Assembly (NCBI GenBank): GCA_018238625.1
Contig: JABCSY010000001.1
Coordinates: 45,279-109,278 of the forward strand
Reading direction: 5' to 3'
Length of the DNA: 64,000 nucleotides
Source of the DNA: Promethearchaeota archaeon
Lineage (GTDB): Archaea > Asgardarchaeota > Lokiarchaeia > Sigyniarchaeales > SOKP01
Shown here: positions 38,717 through 49,225 of the stretch, in pieces
Numbering within the stretch: position 1 is the stretch's first letter
Layout: each line of letters starts with the position of its first letter
The notes under the pieces: generated by a model
The model's input: the letters and a program-made list of their open reading frames with translations, nothing else
What the model was told of the DNA's origin: nothing
Database searches by the model: none
Program-made: the position numbers and the translations under genes

Positions 38717-39901
38717 TTAAGGAAAATTAGGGTTATCATTACCAATAAATTCCATATATCTACTTATAAATTGAGATAATTGATTAAAGTTTGGAGAATT
38801 TCCAGTTCTTACAAAAATAGCCGTTAGAGCGTTGCCCATGAGGATTGCTTCAGGAGGGGTAAGACCACACGATAAACCTAAAACCGTTCCCGAATGAAAA
38901 TAATCGCCTGCGCCAACTGTAAATTTAGGTTTTGAAGTAAATCCTTCAGTTACCCAATAATGATCTTCTACAGTAGAGATCGTTGCGAAATGAGGGGAAT
39001 GAATAACCAAATAGGATAAATTCATTTCTTTATTAAGCCGTTTTCCGCCGTCAATATAGTCAGTTGAATTTTCTTGATATGGAGCGAAAGTTTTAACATT
39101 TGCTAAGACTTTAGAAAGGAAACAAGCTTCCAGTTCGTTTGCGCTTAGCATAACTGGAACTAGTTGGTCTATTTTTTGAAGAATTTTTACCAAATCTAAA
39201 AGATCCTGTCTCGAACGTTTTCTTATATCAGCTATGTCTACAAAAAATATTTTTTCTTTTAAATTGGATATAGAAGGAAAGATCTCATCTAAGAAATGTT
39301 GCCATATATCGTTTAAGTTTGGTATTAAAGCCCAATGTCCAAAACCCATAATATTAGATGCTTCTATTATCTTAATTAACTTACCTAGTTTTACATTATC
39401 CATTAGCGTTTTCCAATCAATGTTTAAAATGGGGGTAAAATCAGTTATCATAACTTTTCCATCATCAAATTCTAAACCTAATGTTTGACCAGGATTAGAA
39501 ATTGGAATTGATTCTACTTCAGGTAGTTGATAATAAAATTCGTTAAGTTTAGGATGTCCTAAAGCCGCAATCAAATATATGTTTACGCCAAAAGCATTCA
39601 ACGCTCGACAAGTGTTAGGAGCAAAACCGCCAAAGATCCTCTTTTTTAAAACTCTCTCAATATTTGCCGAACTTCCAGCAACATTAATTAATAATTCTCC
39701 AAAAGCCTTCATGCTCTCCATTCTTGTCCATTGTTTTGCGCTCATCCTGCTCTGGACTAAAGAATAAAGAGAATCAACATACCCATCAAAACCTAAAAAA
39801 CAAGACTTTTTTATTACAGTAGTTTGAACGGTTTCCAATTTTTTAGTTATTGAATCTAAAGTTTCTAAAGTAACATCGTAGTCGTTTAGCTTTTTATACA
39901 T
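38717..39901 (-). CDS. PfkB/ribokinase-family kinase
   Basis: N..EA motif and TVGAGD.F..G anion hole. Confidence 0.8.
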   Translation of the reverse strand: MYKKLNDYDVTLETLDSITKKLETVQTTVIKKSCFLGFDGYVDSLYSLVQSRMSAKQWTRMESMKAFGELLINVAGSSANIERVLKKRIFGGFAPNTCRALNAFGVNIYLIAALGHPKLNEFYYQLPEVESIPISNPGQTLGLEFDDGKVMITDFTPILNIDWKTLMDNVKLGKLIKIIEASNIMGFGHWALIPNLNDIWQHFLDEIFPSISNLKEKIFFVDIADIRKRSRQDLLDLVKILQKIDQLVPVMLSANELEACFLSKVLANVKTFAPYQENSTDYIDGGKRLNKEMNLSYLVIHSPHFATISTVEDHYWVTEGFTSKPKFTVGAGDYFHSGTVLGLSCGLTPPEAILMGNALTAIFVRTGNSPNFNQLSQFISRYMEFIGNDNPNFP

Positions 39902-39930
39902 AAGTAGAGATATAATTTATTTCTAATAAA

Positions 39931-40908
39931 TCATACTTCCAATAATTTTTGAAGAATTAATGGCATGGAATAAATATCCCAATAGTTATGTTCAATAATT
40001 TCTTTTACTAATCCCACATATCTTAAAGAATCTTCCAAATACTTTTTGTAGCACAATCCAACTAATCCACTTGGTAACTCATTATCCCTTTTCAGATTTA
40101 ATAGCTTGTCTTCCATGTTTGTTAGCGTGTATTTCTCGAAACTTCCTCTGTATTTCCTTCGGCAATTGTGATATAGGTCTATATGGTGAAATTTTGTGTT
40201 AAACCTCTCGTAAGGCTCTTCCTCGTTAGTAATCATCGGATTTTCGTCAAAAAAATACAGAAAACGGTTGGCAATGTAAGGAATATCAAATGATTTTCCG
40301 TTATAGCTAATTAGACATTTAAACTTGGGTAAAATTTCCGTTTTAAAGTGCTCATACATTGCGATCTCCTCTTCCAAATCTCGTGCGAAAAGTATGTGGA
40401 TTTCAAATTTATCGTTGTTAAAAAATCCTAACCCTATAACAATTATGGGGCTATCATACAATCCTAAAGTTTCTATATCGAGAAAAAGGAAATCCTCCTT
40501 ATCAAAACAAAAAGCAACATCCAAATCGTAAATAGATCTATTTCTACACAGAAGGTTGTATTTTCTATTTTTAATTAATTCCAAGATATGATGGGCAGAT
40601 GCGCTGTATTTTAAATTAAATCTCAAATCGTACAGAGATTGTACTCCTTTTCTATTTAGTTGATGTTCTATATTTTCACCAATATAATAAACCGTCTTTA
40701 AGTTACGAAGAAGTTTATTCCTTGAGAGAGTTAAATTTAAGTCGCATGAAAAAGTCTCTTCTTTCCAAGTAATTTCCATGAACTGCCCCATGCTATTTCT
40801 TACAATGGTGTGATTGCGGAAAATATCTTCGATTTTCTTGTCCCTAAATTGATCTGTTAAGTGAGTTATATCAAATGTCTCGAAGTTATAGAAGTAATCC
40901 ATTATCAA
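39931..40908 (-). CDS. YprB-like RNase H-fold (DEDD) exonuclease-domain protein
   Basis: FLDIETLGL, SYNGKSFDIPY, HIDLY, HNYWD. Confidence 0.85.
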   Translation of the reverse strand: MIMDYFYNFETFDITHLTDQFRDKKIEDIFRNHTIVRNSMGQFMEITWKEETFSCDLNLTLSRNKLLRNLKTVYYIGENIEHQLNRKGVQSLYDLRFNLKYSASAHHILELIKNRKYNLLCRNRSIYDLDVAFCFDKEDFLFLDIETLGLYDSPIIVIGLGFFNNDKFEIHILFARDLEEEIAMYEHFKTEILPKFKCLISYNGKSFDIPYIANRFLYFFDENPMITNEEEPYERFNTKFHHIDLYHNCRRKYRGSFEKYTLTNMEDKLLNLKRDNELPSGLVGLCYKKYLEDSLRYVGLVKEIIEHNYWDIYSMPLILQKLLEV

Positions 40909-40990
40909 TAATAAATAAGGATTTTTATTTAATAATTCAAACTCTGAAAATTTATAATAAAACTAAATAAATAAGGAATAACAAATTTTT

Positions 40991-42325
40991 TTAATAGTTA
41001 ATTTTAGGGATATAATCTTCATTTTTTCTGCGTGGAGGTTTGTATTTGAAAAATCTTCGAGATTCGCTATCTTCAAGCACATAGTTACTACCCCCGCCAT
41101 GGATCATGCAATATGGATCAAAGAGACCGATTTCATTGGCGTATTGTCTAGTAAAACCTCGGCCACCCATAGTTCTAAAGCAATGAATGGCGCTTTCGAA
41201 TCCTAGTTCCGTTGTACTTATTTTTAAGCCCATTGTATTGGCTGCCATTAATTTAGAACCCGCTAATTCGGGATGTTCGTCTAATTGCCTTACATATTGT
41301 ATCATAGCGGAAATCAGCAAATTCAACTCGCGAATTTTTCGAGATATTGGAAATCGTATAACTTGATATTGATGTAATCTGTGTTTAAATTGTTTACGCT
41401 GGAGGGCGTAGGCATGAGAATAAATCAGTTTTTTCATGGTATCACCTAATGCCTCGGCACTTATAACCAAACGCTCTTCTGTTAATTGATGAAACATTAT
41501 ATCCAATCCATGTCCTTTAAGCAGATTTTCTTTTGGAATTTCAGTTCTGTCAAATATCAATCGACTGACAAACGCATCGGTCATGCCATATGTTCTAACC
41601 CGAGTACTTAGGAAGTTTTTTAACTTCTGATTCTCAGTATCGACAATAACGGCGGCTAATTGTCCTTTATTTAATCTTCCATATAAAATAATGTAATCAG
41701 CGATCATACCGTTAGTTATAAACAGTTTTTTACCTTTTGCTATTATTTTATCGTCTTTTTCTAGTAAAGCTAATTCCATATTAAAAATATCAGATCCTGC
41801 GTTGAATTCAGTCATAGCAGAAGCGCCAATTTGCCCATCTTTTGCGACAGGAGTCAAAAACTTTTCTTTTTGAGCTTCATTGGAAGCGTAATTCACAGGA
41901 TTGCAATAAAGCGTGCCTCCTGCAAGTCGCCCCATCTCTACGCTATAATTCCCCGCAATATATTGTTCGCTATATTCGCTCCATCGGCCACCACATAGGG
42001 CATAGGCAATTAAAGCGTTCCTAGTAATCCGCCCGACTTCGTAATCTTCTACGTTAAGAATTGTGGAATAATATCCTTTATTGGATAACTTTTTCATTAT
42101 TCCAATAACTAATTCTTTCTTTTTGTCTTGAGTAGGTTCCTCAACAAGATAGTTTAAATCTTCTAACTTCCTCAGTTCTGGATCGAGTTCTTTCTCCATA
42201 AACTCATAAAGTTCTGCTAAAAATTCTTTTTCTTGAGCGTTAAGCACGGGATTATTCAGTAAATCTAATTCTGGTACATATTTTTGAATTTTGATCTTTT
42301 CAAACTCTCTGATTCTTGTATCCAT
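40991..42325 (-). CDS. Acyl-CoA dehydrogenase (IVD/LCAD/AtuD-type catalytic Glu)
   Basis: AMTE..AGSD, G.KLFITNG, EERL, R.QF, MGG.GF, IHGGG. Confidence 0.88.
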   Translation of the reverse strand: MDTRIREFEKIKIQKYVPELDLLNNPVLNAQEKEFLAELYEFMEKELDPELRKLEDLNYLVEEPTQDKKKELVIGIMKKLSNKGYYSTILNVEDYEVGRITRNALIAYALCGGRWSEYSEQYIAGNYSVEMGRLAGGTLYCNPVNYASNEAQKEKFLTPVAKDGQIGASAMTEFNAGSDIFNMELALLEKDDKIIAKGKKLFITNGMIADYIILYGRLNKGQLAAVIVDTENQKLKNFLSTRVRTYGMTDAFVSRLIFDRTEIPKENLLKGHGLDIMFHQLTEERLVISAEALGDTMKKLIYSHAYALQRKQFKHRLHQYQVIRFPISRKIRELNLLISAMIQYVRQLDEHPELAGSKLMAANTMGLKISTTELGFESAIHCFRTMGGRGFTRQYANEIGLFDPYCMIHGGGSNYVLEDSESRRFFKYKPPRRKNEDYIPKINY

Positions 42326-42510
42326 ATTATTTCAATCATTTTTTTAATTTTTAAACTTTATTTTAGTTCTAATTAATTCTTTTGTGAATAAAATTTAAAT
42401 TGATCATAATTAGAAATCTTTTAATCATAGTGAAATTAAAATATCATATCAATTAGATATTTAAAATCTAATTATTAAAAAAGAATTTTATTAAAAAAAG
42501 TGAATAAAAA

Positions 42511-43932
42511 ATGATTAAATTTAGCGATAAACAACTGAAAATCCCCAAAATGTCTAAACCGGTATACTTAGCAACTGTAGGCATGTCAAAATTCGACCGT
42601 GCGTTCCCTGAAACTCGAACGGAGGAATTATGTGTCCAAGCTTTAACGGCAGCAGCTGATTTTGTTAAGATGACCCCTTCTGAATTGAAAAGTTTCATTC
42701 ATACTGCTTATTACGGTCATTTTGCGGATCACTTTGGAGATCAATTATTAGGAGAAGCAGTCATTCACGATAGACTTGGTCTAGATCCACTAGGAACCAT
42801 CGGTGTCAAAACGGGTGGAGCTACGGGAGGGTCAACTATGTGGGAGGCAATAAAAACCGTTGCATCGGGGTATAGCGATTGTGCCCTTGCCTTAGGTTGG
42901 GAGAGAATGGATGAAGTTCCAACTGACGAAGGTAATCATCTCATTTCTGCAGCCGCAGATAAGGATTGGGAAACACCATTAGGTCATATTTATACTGGTT
43001 ATTACGCTGTAATGGCTCAAAGATATTGGCAAATATTTGGTAAGGCAGAGGATTCTTTTAGAAAAACTATGGCAGAAATTGCTGTTAAAAACCGTGGTTA
43101 TGCGAGAATGAACCCTTACGCACATGGGCCAATGAAAATCACCGTTGAAGATGTAATCAATTCTCCTGTCATTGCTTATCCCTTACGTGCCTTGGATTGC
43201 TGTTTAATGAGCGTAGGGTCTGCTTGTGGCGTTGTTTGCGATGAAAAAACTGCATATGAGATAACCGATAATCCTCTTCGGATATGGATAGGTGCAGGAA
43301 GTCATACATTAAGAGTAGCTGATCGGCGTAATATGGAAATACCACTTTTACCAAACGAAAAGCCAGGACAATACGATAATTTAGGTAAAAGATTCCCCGG
43401 AGCTGATAGGTATCCTGGATTTAGCAGTTTTTTAGCTGCTCGTGTGGCGGCTTATTATGCCTATAACATGACTGGTGTTGTTGATCCAATTGATGACCTT
43501 GATGTTGTAGAACTCCACGATGCCTTCACAATTAGTGATATTCAAACTTATGAGGACATAGGCATTACACCTTATGGAGACGGGCGTAGTTATATTGAGT
43601 CTGGTGAAGCATACCATACAAACCCAAACACTAAAAAACCAGGCAAATTACCTAGCAATTTATGTGGTGGATTAATCGGTTGTATGCATGCTGTTGGAGC
43701 AACCGGGCTTATGCAAATTGCAGAAATTGGATATCATTTATGGAATCGATGGGACGAAATTCATGAGCCCCAAGAAAAATGGGACGCTTTTGGTAGAGAA
43801 AAACCGAAAGATTGGACAAGTCTTCAAGTAAAAGGGGCAAAAAGAGGTTTAGCAATAAGTCATGCTGGTGTGGGTTCTCATGTGACATGTGCGATTTTAA
43901 TGGATCCAAATCACTTAATTAAGGAGGAATAA
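42511..43932 (+). CDS. Thiolase-fold protein (SCPx/Ltp type) lacking the nucleophilic Cys
   Basis: TGGATGGS at the CxS/CASG position; ELHDAF; GGL.G.MHAVGATG. Confidence 0.88.
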   Translation: MIKFSDKQLKIPKMSKPVYLATVGMSKFDRAFPETRTEELCVQALTAAADFVKMTPSELKSFIHTAYYGHFADHFGDQLLGEAVIHDRLGLDPLGTIGVKTGGATGGSTMWEAIKTVASGYSDCALALGWERMDEVPTDEGNHLISAAADKDWETPLGHIYTGYYAVMAQRYWQIFGKAEDSFRKTMAEIAVKNRGYARMNPYAHGPMKITVEDVINSPVIAYPLRALDCCLMSVGSACGVVCDEKTAYEITDNPLRIWIGAGSHTLRVADRRNMEIPLLPNEKPGQYDNLGKRFPGADRYPGFSSFLAARVAAYYAYNMTGVVDPIDDLDVVELHDAFTISDIQTYEDIGITPYGDGRSYIESGEAYHTNPNTKKPGKLPSNLCGGLIGCMHAVGATGLMQIAEIGYHLWNRWDEIHEPQEKWDAFGREKPKDWTSLQVKGAKRGLAISHAGVGSHVTCAILMDPNHLIKEE

Positions 43933-43937
43933 AAAAA

Positions 43938-44537
43938 ATGCCAAAAACTGAAGATGAAAAGGGTTTTGTTTCCATAATTAATGGAAGATATAAACCAAAA
44001 GGAAAGTTTCATATCATTGAGGCAAATCAACCGATTTTTAACGAAGATACAGGAAAATTAGCGGGTGTTACAAATCCTAGAGACATGACTTATATCCACT
44101 CTTATGGTGGTGAAGCTATTTTTTTCGAATCTCTTAGTAAGGGAAAATTGATGGCTACAAGATGCGATAATGATAAATGTAAATTCAAAGGATCAATCTA
44201 CATGCCTTTCAGGATTTTTTGTCCAGATTGCTTAAGAAAAATGACTGTAATTGATTATACTGAGAAAGCAAAAAATAGCGCTAAAATATATTCCTTCATT
44301 ATAACCCATCGATCGGGAGCGTTTAATACCCTAAAAAAGCCAATAAAATTCATTAATATAGAATTTGATGATGTAGTCACAATACTAATGAGTTATCTAT
44401 CGGTAGGAGACCCCGAACTAGAAAAACGCGTGATACCCATTTTTAAAACAAAAAATCCCACTCATACAATAATGGATCTCTCATTTGTTCTCGAAGGAAC
44501 CTCAGAATCGGAATTACCTGAAGGATTTACTTTTTAA
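43938..44537 (+). CDS. DUF35 (Zn-ribbon plus OB-fold) thiolase partner
   Basis: L..GKLMATRC....C...P.RIFCPDC; lies 5 bp after the thiolase. Confidence 0.85.
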   Translation: MPKTEDEKGFVSIINGRYKPKGKFHIIEANQPIFNEDTGKLAGVTNPRDMTYIHSYGGEAIFFESLSKGKLMATRCDNDKCKFKGSIYMPFRIFCPDCLRKMTVIDYTEKAKNSAKIYSFIITHRSGAFNTLKKPIKFINIEFDDVVTILMSYLSVGDPELEKRVIPIFKTKNPTHTIMDLSFVLEGTSESELPEGFTF

Positions 44538-44680
44538 GTTTTAAAATTTTCTTATTTTTTTTAATTCCTTTTAAAATGTTTAATGAGTATAATCTTCTTT
44601 TAATAAATGAAAATTTTGATTTAGTAAAATTGCAATCAATAATTTAAAAAAAAAAAGTAAAAGAATTTTTAATCAATTTT

Positions 44681-45568
44681 TTATTGTTGATAAAGATGTA
44701 ATATTTTTCTCGCTTCTTCAGGCGTAGCAACTTCTCTCCCTGCCATTTTCGTAACTTTAGCTGCCCATTCTACTTGTTCCCAGGAACCTTTAGCTAATGC
44801 CCCATCGACTGTGCGGATATTATCTTCTAAACCAACTCTTATGTGTCCTCCCATTGCTGCGGCGCACATTCCTGCTTGAAATTGATTTTTTGCTACCCCA
44901 CACACGCTCCAAGTATCGTCAGGTGGTTTTAAATTAAGTAAATGAGCTAAATTTTCGAAAGAAAAAGGGACGCCTCCCAAAACTCCAAAAACAAATTGGT
45001 AGTGAAGAGGTGGATCCAGAATCACCTTCGCTTGTTTCCTAAGATGTAGAATGTTATACATGCCTCCAAAATCATATACTTCGATTTCTGGTTTGACTTG
45101 ATTTTTTTTCATAGCTTTAGCGAATTTTTGAATCGTATTAAATGAATTCGCGAATATAGCTTTAGCACCAAGTCCAACGGCTCCTGTTTTATGGTCTCCA
45201 ACAGCAAAATTCATTGAATTGGAATTTAAGGAAGCAATTGGAGGTTTAAATGTTATAATAGGGGCTATTCTTTGTTTATCAGTTACTATTAAACTGATAG
45301 CAGAACTTAAGTTGATTAGAAGATCTGGAGCCTTTTCTTTGATGTTATCTAATACGGCTTTAATTTTTTCTAATTCGTGCGTTGGATTACCTTTTTCGGG
45401 GTCTCTTGCGTGGATATGCACAATTGCTGCTCCTGCATCGTAACATTTTTTTGCTTCATCCCCAAATTCTTCGGGTGTATATGGAACAGCGGGATTCTGA
45501 GATTTTATCGTCGCAGCACCGGTTAGAGCTGCTGTTATAACTAATTTTTTTGATAAGTCTTCTGACAT
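44681..45568 (-). CDS. Beta-keto acid cleavage enzyme (BKACE/DUF849, Kce-like)
   Basis: ITAALTGA, AGAAIVHIHARD, KPEIE, GHIRVGLEDN. Confidence 0.93.
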   Translation of the reverse strand: MSEDLSKKLVITAALTGAATIKSQNPAVPYTPEEFGDEAKKCYDAGAAIVHIHARDPEKGNPTHELEKIKAVLDNIKEKAPDLLINLSSAISLIVTDKQRIAPIITFKPPIASLNSNSMNFAVGDHKTGAVGLGAKAIFANSFNTIQKFAKAMKKNQVKPEIEVYDFGGMYNILHLRKQAKVILDPPLHYQFVFGVLGGVPFSFENLAHLLNLKPPDDTWSVCGVAKNQFQAGMCAAAMGGHIRVGLEDNIRTVDGALAKGSWEQVEWAAKVTKMAGREVATPEEARKILHLYQQ

Positions 45569-45570
45569 TT

Positions 45571-45598
45571 TATATACCTATTTTTATATACCTATTTT
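45571..45598 (-). repeat. 14-bp tandem duplication covering the SD-like leader
   Basis: TATATACCTATTTT occurs twice just upstream of ATG 45568; a single related copy precedes the paralog start at 46617. Confidence 0.7.
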
Positions 45599-45692
45599 TA
45601 TTTTCGATTTTATTAAATTTAAAAATTTTTTCTTATTTTTTTAATTCTTTGTAAAAATACTATAAAAAAAAATAAAATGGTTTAGAATTAAA

Positions 45693-45710
45693 CTTGAGTT
45701 TAAATTCAAG
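45693..45710 (-). terminator. Short inverted repeat after the 45718 stop, followed by T-tracts on the minus strand
   Basis: CTTGAGTTT/AAATTCAAG with one mismatch. Confidence 0.3.
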
Positions 45711-45717
45711 CTAATCC

Positions 45718-46617
45718 TTATAGTGACACATGTTCTTGCTTTAGATGAAATATTTTTCTTGCTTCTTCACCTTGTGCTAGTTCTCTCCCGGCTATTTTTG
45801 CAACTTTAGCGGCCCATTCTACTTGTTCCCACGAGCCTTTAGCTAACTCACCTGAAATGGCACGAGTGTTGTCCTCTAAACCAACACGGATATGTCCACC
45901 CCATGCAGCAGCACATAATCCCGCTTGAAATTGTTGCTTAGAAACGCCACAAACACTCCAGGTAGCATTCGAAGGCTTTAGATCGAGCATTAAAGCGAGA
46001 TTTCTTGGCGTGAATGGAATTCCTCCAAGTACGCCCCATACATACTGGAAATGAAGCGGTTGGGTGAATGCACCTTCTTGTCTATTTAGGAAAAGCATAC
46101 TATACATGCCTCCTAGGTCGTAAATTTCCATTTCCGGTTTAGTTCCAGCTTTTTTCATCTCTTTCGCAAATTTCGCAATAGTTTTAAATGTATTTGCGAA
46201 GATATTTCCGGCTCCCAAACCAACTTTTCCTGTTCTGTAATCACCAACTGCGAAATTCATAGACGCAGTATTTAACGAAGCTAAAGGTGGTTTGAAGGTT
46301 TGAACCGGGGCTATTCTTTGTTTATCAGTAGCAACTGAACTAATTGCAGAACTTAAATTGATTATTACATCAGGTGCTTTTGATTTAATATTATCTAACA
46401 CTGCTTTTATTAAATCTAACTCATGCGTTGGATTACCCTTTTCGGGATGTCGAGCATGAATATGGACAATCGCAGCACCTGCATCGTAACATTTTTTCGC
46501 TTCGTCTCCAAACTCTTCTGCAGTATATGGAACATTTGGATTATTTTCCTTTGTTGTAATTGCACCAGCTAATGCTGCTGAAATGACTAACTTATTTTCT
46601 GGGTTCGATTCTGACAT
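45718..46617 (-). CDS. Beta-keto acid cleavage enzyme (BKACE), tandem paralog
   Basis: Same motifs as 44681, with long identical stretches between the two proteins. Confidence 0.93.
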   Translation of the reverse strand: MSESNPENKLVISAALAGAITTKENNPNVPYTAEEFGDEAKKCYDAGAAIVHIHARHPEKGNPTHELDLIKAVLDNIKSKAPDVIINLSSAISSVATDKQRIAPVQTFKPPLASLNTASMNFAVGDYRTGKVGLGAGNIFANTFKTIAKFAKEMKKAGTKPEMEIYDLGGMYSMLFLNRQEGAFTQPLHFQYVWGVLGGIPFTPRNLALMLDLKPSNATWSVCGVSKQQFQAGLCAAAWGGHIRVGLEDNTRAISGELAKGSWEQVEWAAKVAKIAGRELAQGEEARKIFHLKQEHVSL

Positions 46618-46909
46618 TTTTTATACCTATTTTTAATAGTATGGATTGTAATAAATATCAATAATTTATTGTTGAATAAAAATTAAGTATCTTTCTATTT
46701 AAATTTTAAAAGTATTGTAATTCTCAAAAAATTTTGGTGTAAAAATTTCATTTGAGAGATTTACAAAATAGATCATAAAGCGATGCAAGATTATTAAAAA
46801 TGATAATTTTCAAAAAATACTATTGAAAATTTTTTATATCTAATTCAATAATTATGATTATAGCTTTTTAATAAATATTTTAAATAAAATAAAAAGGAAA
46901 AAAACAGAT

Positions 46910-48052
46910 ATGGATAAAGTAGGAATAGTTGGATGCGCACAAACTAAATATGAAGCAGATAAAATCGATCAACCTTACTCCGAACTTGTTTTTGAAGTTG
47001 TAAAAAAGCTTCACAACGAATTAGGAATTACTAACGACGATATAGGGTGTGTGATTACTAGTTCCAACGATTTTAACGATGGTAGAACGATCGCAAACAT
47101 GGCTATACAAGATGCCGTAGGCTCTGTCAGAAAAGCAGAGTCTAGAGTCTCTGGAGATGGTGCTTTCGCTTATATTTACGGAGCAATGAGAATTTTGTCA
47201 GAGTCGTTCGATACAGTATTAGTAGTTTCACATTGTAAATGCTCTGAAGTTAACCAATACTTAGTAAACAATACTATTTTTGATCCTTATTATCAAAGAC
47301 ATTTAGGCTTAGACCAAATTTCATCTGCTGGTTTAATGGCTAACATGTATATGAATAAATATGGTGTGACTGAAGACCAAGCTGCTAAAGTTGTAGTTAA
47401 AAATCGGAAAAATGCTCTCAATAATCCTTATGCGCATTTACAGAAAGAAGTTACAATAGGCGATGTTCTTAATTCAAAGATGATGGCACATCCTTTAAAA
47501 GAATTAGATTTCCCTCCTTTCTCAGATGGTGCTGTGGCTATGCTATTAGCAAAAGAAGATATAGCTAAAAAGATGACAGACACGCCAGTTTGGCTTAAGG
47601 GTTATGGAAGTTGTACTGACGCGTATTACTTAGGCCATAGAAACATGACGGATTTGGTAGGTTTAGAATTAGCCGCGAAACAAGCTTATAAAATGGCGGG
47701 TATTACCGATCCTATTAAAGAATTAGATGTTTGTGAAGTAAGCGAAAACTTCAGTACTCACGAATTAATGATTTACGAATCACTAGGTTTATGCGCCCCT
47801 GGAGAAGGTGGTAAATTTATAGAGGATGGGGAAACAGAAATGAATGGTTCTATTCCAGTAAATCCCTCTGGAGGAGTGTTATCAAGTAATCCTATCATGG
47901 CAAATGGTTTAATTAGAGTTGCTGAAATTGCGTTACAATTAAAGGGTAAAGCTGATAAAAGACAAGTTCCTAACGCAAAGACTGGTTTAGCTTATGGTAT
48001 GAACGGGATCTGTTCTCAGGGAAACTGTGTATTAATATTTGGAGGTGAATGA
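46910..48052 (+). CDS. Thiolase-fold protein, Ltp4-like (no catalytic Cys)
   Basis: SSNDFNDGR and ESRVSGDGAFA resemble Ltp4; SDGA; NPSGG. Confidence 0.82.
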   Translation: MDKVGIVGCAQTKYEADKIDQPYSELVFEVVKKLHNELGITNDDIGCVITSSNDFNDGRTIANMAIQDAVGSVRKAESRVSGDGAFAYIYGAMRILSESFDTVLVVSHCKCSEVNQYLVNNTIFDPYYQRHLGLDQISSAGLMANMYMNKYGVTEDQAAKVVVKNRKNALNNPYAHLQKEVTIGDVLNSKMMAHPLKELDFPPFSDGAVAMLLAKEDIAKKMTDTPVWLKGYGSCTDAYYLGHRNMTDLVGLELAAKQAYKMAGITDPIKELDVCEVSENFSTHELMIYESLGLCAPGEGGKFIEDGETEMNGSIPVNPSGGVLSSNPIMANGLIRVAEIALQLKGKADKRQVPNAKTGLAYGMNGICSQGNCVLIFGGE

Positions 48053-49221
48053 AAATGCCAAAACACGATGTTGCCGTTGTCGGCATAGGTCAAACTAAAT
48101 TTAGAAGCAAGAGAAGAGATGTCAATATCCCTGAAATGGTATACGAAGCAGTTAAAATGGCTCTTGATGATGCTCAACTTGAACCTAAAGAGATAGATGC
48201 CATAATAATCGGGAATATGGACCATTTTGAAGGGATCAATTTCTCTGAATTATTATGTGGAATTGAAGGTGCTCCTGGATATTTAAAACCGGTAGTTAAG
48301 GTTGCTACAGGTGGCACAACAGGTAGTTCCTTAGCTATATGTGGTTATCACAATGTTGCCTCAGGAATTTATGACAAGGTTTTAGTCGTTGGTTGGGAAA
48401 AATTAAACGAAGGTGGAGCTACTACTGGTATAATAACAGCATTTGATCCTGTGTGGGAAAGACCCTCTTTAGCTGGTGCTCTCGGCCCACTAGCCCTTAT
48501 GGCGGGTATGTATTCTGCCAAATATGGAATAACACCAGAACAAGCAGCAAAAGTTACGGTGAAAAATAGGAGCAACGCGGCAAATAATCCATTTGCCCAT
48601 TTACAGATGCCAAATATTACCATTGATTACGTTATGAGCTCTCAAATGATATCGTATCCTTTAAGACTACACGATGTTTGCCCTCAAAGTGAAGGCGCTT
48701 GTGCTTTAATTTACGCTAATGAGGGAGAAACTAAAAAGATAACCGATAACCCCGCTTGGTTCCACGCGGTAGAAACCGCTCATTATTACACTTTTGGCAC
48801 TGATGATAAGATGTATGACCTCCCTACAGCTACATTCGCGTCTAAGAAAGCCTATAAAAAAGCAGGCATTAAAAACCCCGTAAAGGATTTAGATGTAGCA
48901 GAAATCTATGAACCAACATCTTGGAGCGAACTATCATGGACTGAAGCGTTAGGATTTTGCAAACCTGGTGAAGGTGGAAAACTCTTAGACGAAGGAATAA
49001 CATTAATGAGTGGAGAGTTTCCTGTCAACCCCTCAGGTGGCGTTTTAAGCACAAATCCTATTGGAGCTACAGCAATGGTGCGAGTAGCAGAAGCTGCAAT
49101 TCAAGTAATGGGAAGGGGTGAGAAAAGACAAGTACCCGACGTAGAAAAAGCTCTCGCAATGGGATTTGGCGGAAGTCTTTGGACTGAAATTTTAATATTA
49201 GGAAAAGAACCTTTGAGGTGA
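48049..49221 (+). CDS. Thiolase-fold protein, Ltp3-like (no catalytic Cys)
   Basis: KPVVKVATGGTTGSS, WEK, AEIYEP, NPSGGVLSTNPIGATAM.R.AEAA. Confidence 0.85.
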   Translation: MKMPKHDVAVVGIGQTKFRSKRRDVNIPEMVYEAVKMALDDAQLEPKEIDAIIIGNMDHFEGINFSELLCGIEGAPGYLKPVVKVATGGTTGSSLAICGYHNVASGIYDKVLVVGWEKLNEGGATTGIITAFDPVWERPSLAGALGPLALMAGMYSAKYGITPEQAAKVTVKNRSNAANNPFAHLQMPNITIDYVMSSQMISYPLRLHDVCPQSEGACALIYANEGETKKITDNPAWFHAVETAHYYTFGTDDKMYDLPTATFASKKAYKKAGIKNPVKDLDVAEIYEPTSWSELSWTEALGFCKPGEGGKLLDEGITLMSGEFPVNPSGGVLSTNPIGATAMVRVAEAAIQVMGRGEKRQVPDVEKALAMGFGGSLWTEILILGKEPLR

Positions 49222-49225
49222 TATT

